DNA of 64,000 nucleotides from Acutalibacteraceae bacterium (GTDB lineage Bacteria; Bacillota; Clostridia; Oscillospirales; Acutalibacteraceae), in the NCBI GenBank assembly GCA_045534165.1, contig JAZSJD010000032.1, forward strand, positions 2,942 through 66,941, given 5' to 3'. Below are positions 62,461-64,000 of the stretch, piece by piece; positions within the stretch are counted from its first letter, which is position 1; every line of letters begins with the position of its first letter. Under the pieces are notes generated by a model. That model ran no database searches and was not told where the DNA came from. It saw only the letters and a list, made by a program, of their open reading frames with translations. Both the position numbers and the translations under genes were made by a program.

Positions 62461-63681
62461 ATGAAAAAAATCATTGCTGTTTGTGTTGCAGTATTTTTGA
62501 TATTGTCAGCTTCAGTAATTGCTTTTGTTAAATGGTCACCGCTTACTGAAACAGAAAATCAGGACAAATATAACAAACTTGCAGGTACGTCGATAAATGT
62601 GTATAACTGGGGTGAATATATTTCAGACGGTAGCGAAGGCACAATGGATGTCAACAAAAAATTTGAAGAGTTGACAGGTATCAAAGTTAACTACACTACT
62701 TATGAAACAAACGAAAATATGTACACAAAAATCAGATCAGGCGGTGCAAACTACGATATTATCATCCCCTCAGATTATATGATTCAGAGGCTTATTGCAG
62801 AAGGATATCTTGAAAAAATAAACTTTGATAACATTCCTAATTATAAAAACATTATGGATGAATATAAAGATCTTTATTATGACCCCACAAATGAGTATTC
62901 GGTTCCCTATAATGTTGGTATGGTCGGTGTTATTTACAACACAAAACTGGTAAAAGGCACACCTACAAGCTGGTCTCTTATGTGGGATGAAGAATATAAA
63001 GGGCAGATTCTTCAGTTTAACAATCCCCGTGATGGTTTTGCAACTTCAATGTTTTTGCAGGGTATTAATATCAATACCAGTGATAAAGAACAATGGCAGA
63101 AAGCATATGATATGTTAGCTGAACAAAAAGGTGTTGTTCAGGCTTATGTTTCAGATGAAATTTTCAACAAAATGGAAGCGGGAGATGCTGCAATCGGCGC
63201 ATATTATGCAGGTGACTATCTTCTTATGAAAGAGAATAATCCTGATTTGGCTTTCTATTATCCTGAAGAAGGCACAAACATTTTCGTTGATGCAATCTGT
63301 ATTCCAAAAGGTTGTCAGAATAAAGAAGCGGCAGAGTTGTATATAAACTTTCTCCTCAGCGAAGAAGTTGCTCTTGCAAATGCAGAATATCTTTACTATG
63401 CAACACCTAACAAAGCTGTTCTCGAAAATGAAGATTACAGTTTGCGTGATAACGAAATTCTTTACCCCGATGAAGAGGATATGCCCAAAACTCAATATTA
63501 TCACAACCTCGACCAGGAAACTTTGTCTCTTATGTCAGATTTGTGGTCAGGACTTAAAATCGAGGGTACATCAAACACAGCAGTTTATCTCAAATTAGGC
63601 ATAACAGCAGGTATCGGTCTGATTGCAATAATTTTAACAACTATTAAAAAGAAAAAACGCGAAAAACTTTATGATGTATAA
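62461..63681 (+). CDS. potD: spermidine/putrescine-binding protein with an N-terminal signal-anchor and an extra C-terminal TM helix
   Basis: PotD-like blocks (INVYNWGEYI, YDIIIPSDYM, YSVPY). GGAGGGG RBS before ATG 62461. The C-terminus is AVYLKLGITAGIGLIAIILTTIKKKKREK. Confidence 0.82.
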   Translation: MKKIIAVCVAVFLILSASVIAFVKWSPLTETENQDKYNKLAGTSINVYNWGEYISDGSEGTMDVNKKFEELTGIKVNYTTYETNENMYTKIRSGGANYDIIIPSDYMIQRLIAEGYLEKINFDNIPNYKNIMDEYKDLYYDPTNEYSVPYNVGMVGVIYNTKLVKGTPTSWSLMWDEEYKGQILQFNNPRDGFATSMFLQGININTSDKEQWQKAYDMLAEQKGVVQAYVSDEIFNKMEAGDAAIGAYYAGDYLLMKENNPDLAFYYPEEGTNIFVDAICIPKGCQNKEAAELYINFLLSEEVALANAEYLYYATPNKAVLENEDYSLRDNEILYPDEEDMPKTQYYHNLDQETLSLMSDLWSGLKIEGTSNTAVYLKLGITAGIGLIAIILTTIKKKKREKLYDV

Positions 63682-63685
63682 TAAT

Positions 63686-63708
63686 AAACTCCCTTTTAAA
63701 GGGAGTTT
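63686..63708 (+). terminator. intrinsic terminator after potD
   Basis: AAACTCCC / GGGAGTTT stem with a T/A-rich loop and a short T-run. Confidence 0.6.
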
Positions 63709-63725
63709 AAACTTTAGGTGAAAAT

Positions 63726-64000
63726 ATGAAAACTAAACCAAAATCAATTTTTCTTCTTTTCTTAACAGCTATTATATGGGGTTTTGCCTTTGTGGCACAG
63801 AAAGAGGGTGCACAGTATGTTGGTGCATTCACTTTCAACGGTGTAAGATTTGCTTTGGGTACATTGTCCCTTATTCCGGTAATTCTTATTTTTGAACGAG
63901 AAAAATTTAATAAACAGAAATTCAAAAAAACCTTGATGGTAGGTCTTGCAGGCGGTTTGTTTTTGTTCATAGCTTCCAATCTTCAGCAGTTTGGCGTTGA
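63726..64000 (+). CDS. EamA/DMT-family transporter, 3' end cut by window edge
   Basis: ATG 63726 after AGGTG. MKTKPKSIFLLFLTAIIWGFAFVAQKEG... is a typical EamA N-terminus. The ORF is open to the window end. The antisense ORF 63707..63979 is rejected. Confidence 0.7.
   Translation, partial: MKTKPKSIFLLFLTAIIWGFAFVAQKEGAQYVGAFTFNGVRFALGTLSLIPVILIFEREKFNKQKFKKTLMVGLAGGLFLFIASNLQQFGV

Overview
64-kb window from a low-GC, strictly anaerobic Firmicutes-type chromosome (Clostridia-like; this is inferred from codon usage and gene content such as indolepyruvate:ferredoxin oxidoreductase (IOR), anaerobic sulfatase-maturating enzyme (anSME) and radical SAM genes, with no database check). The flanks are ordinary metabolism and transport. 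On the left are a radical SAM protein, L-serine dehydratase, a GDPD-like protein, a NahK-like kinase plus a GH89 alpha-N-acetylglucosaminidase, and ThuA plus two Gfo/Idh/MocA oxidoreductases. On the right are a TrmK-anSME-sulfatase-AlkD-like operon, an amidohydrolase, a Na+/solute symporter, a PaaK-IorAB-PaaK-ACT arylpyruvate cluster, a secreted lipase-like protein, a PI-PLC-like protein, a CotH lipoprotein, potABCD and a partial EamA gene. The centre, about 10.3-41.4 kb and entirely on the + strand, is an accessory locus that I cannot match to any described system. It begins with a stand-alone degenerate EAL protein behind a near-consensus promoter. It contains six small proteins with SipW-cognate-type signal peptides (hydrophobic helix followed by [A/C]-[W/Y]-F) and TasA/camelysin-like C-terminal strands, and four archaeal/ER-type (SipW-like, Ser/His) signal peptidases. 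It also contains a 5,604-aa secreted GLUG-repeat beta-helix protein built from eight modules with no recognisable wall anchor. Further genes encode a membrane-anchored McrB-like AAA+ GTPase, a DUF2357/McrC-N-like protein whose nuclease is replaced by a ~380-aa K/E/R/A helix, and a single-pass membrane protein with a basic-then-acidic repeat tail. My working hypothesis is an extracellular fibre/giant-adhesin assembly apparatus, possibly with c-di-GMP input. No rRNA, tRNA, CRISPR array, transposase or integrase was seen. Coordinates of non-ORF features were derived by hand and may be off by 1-2 nt.
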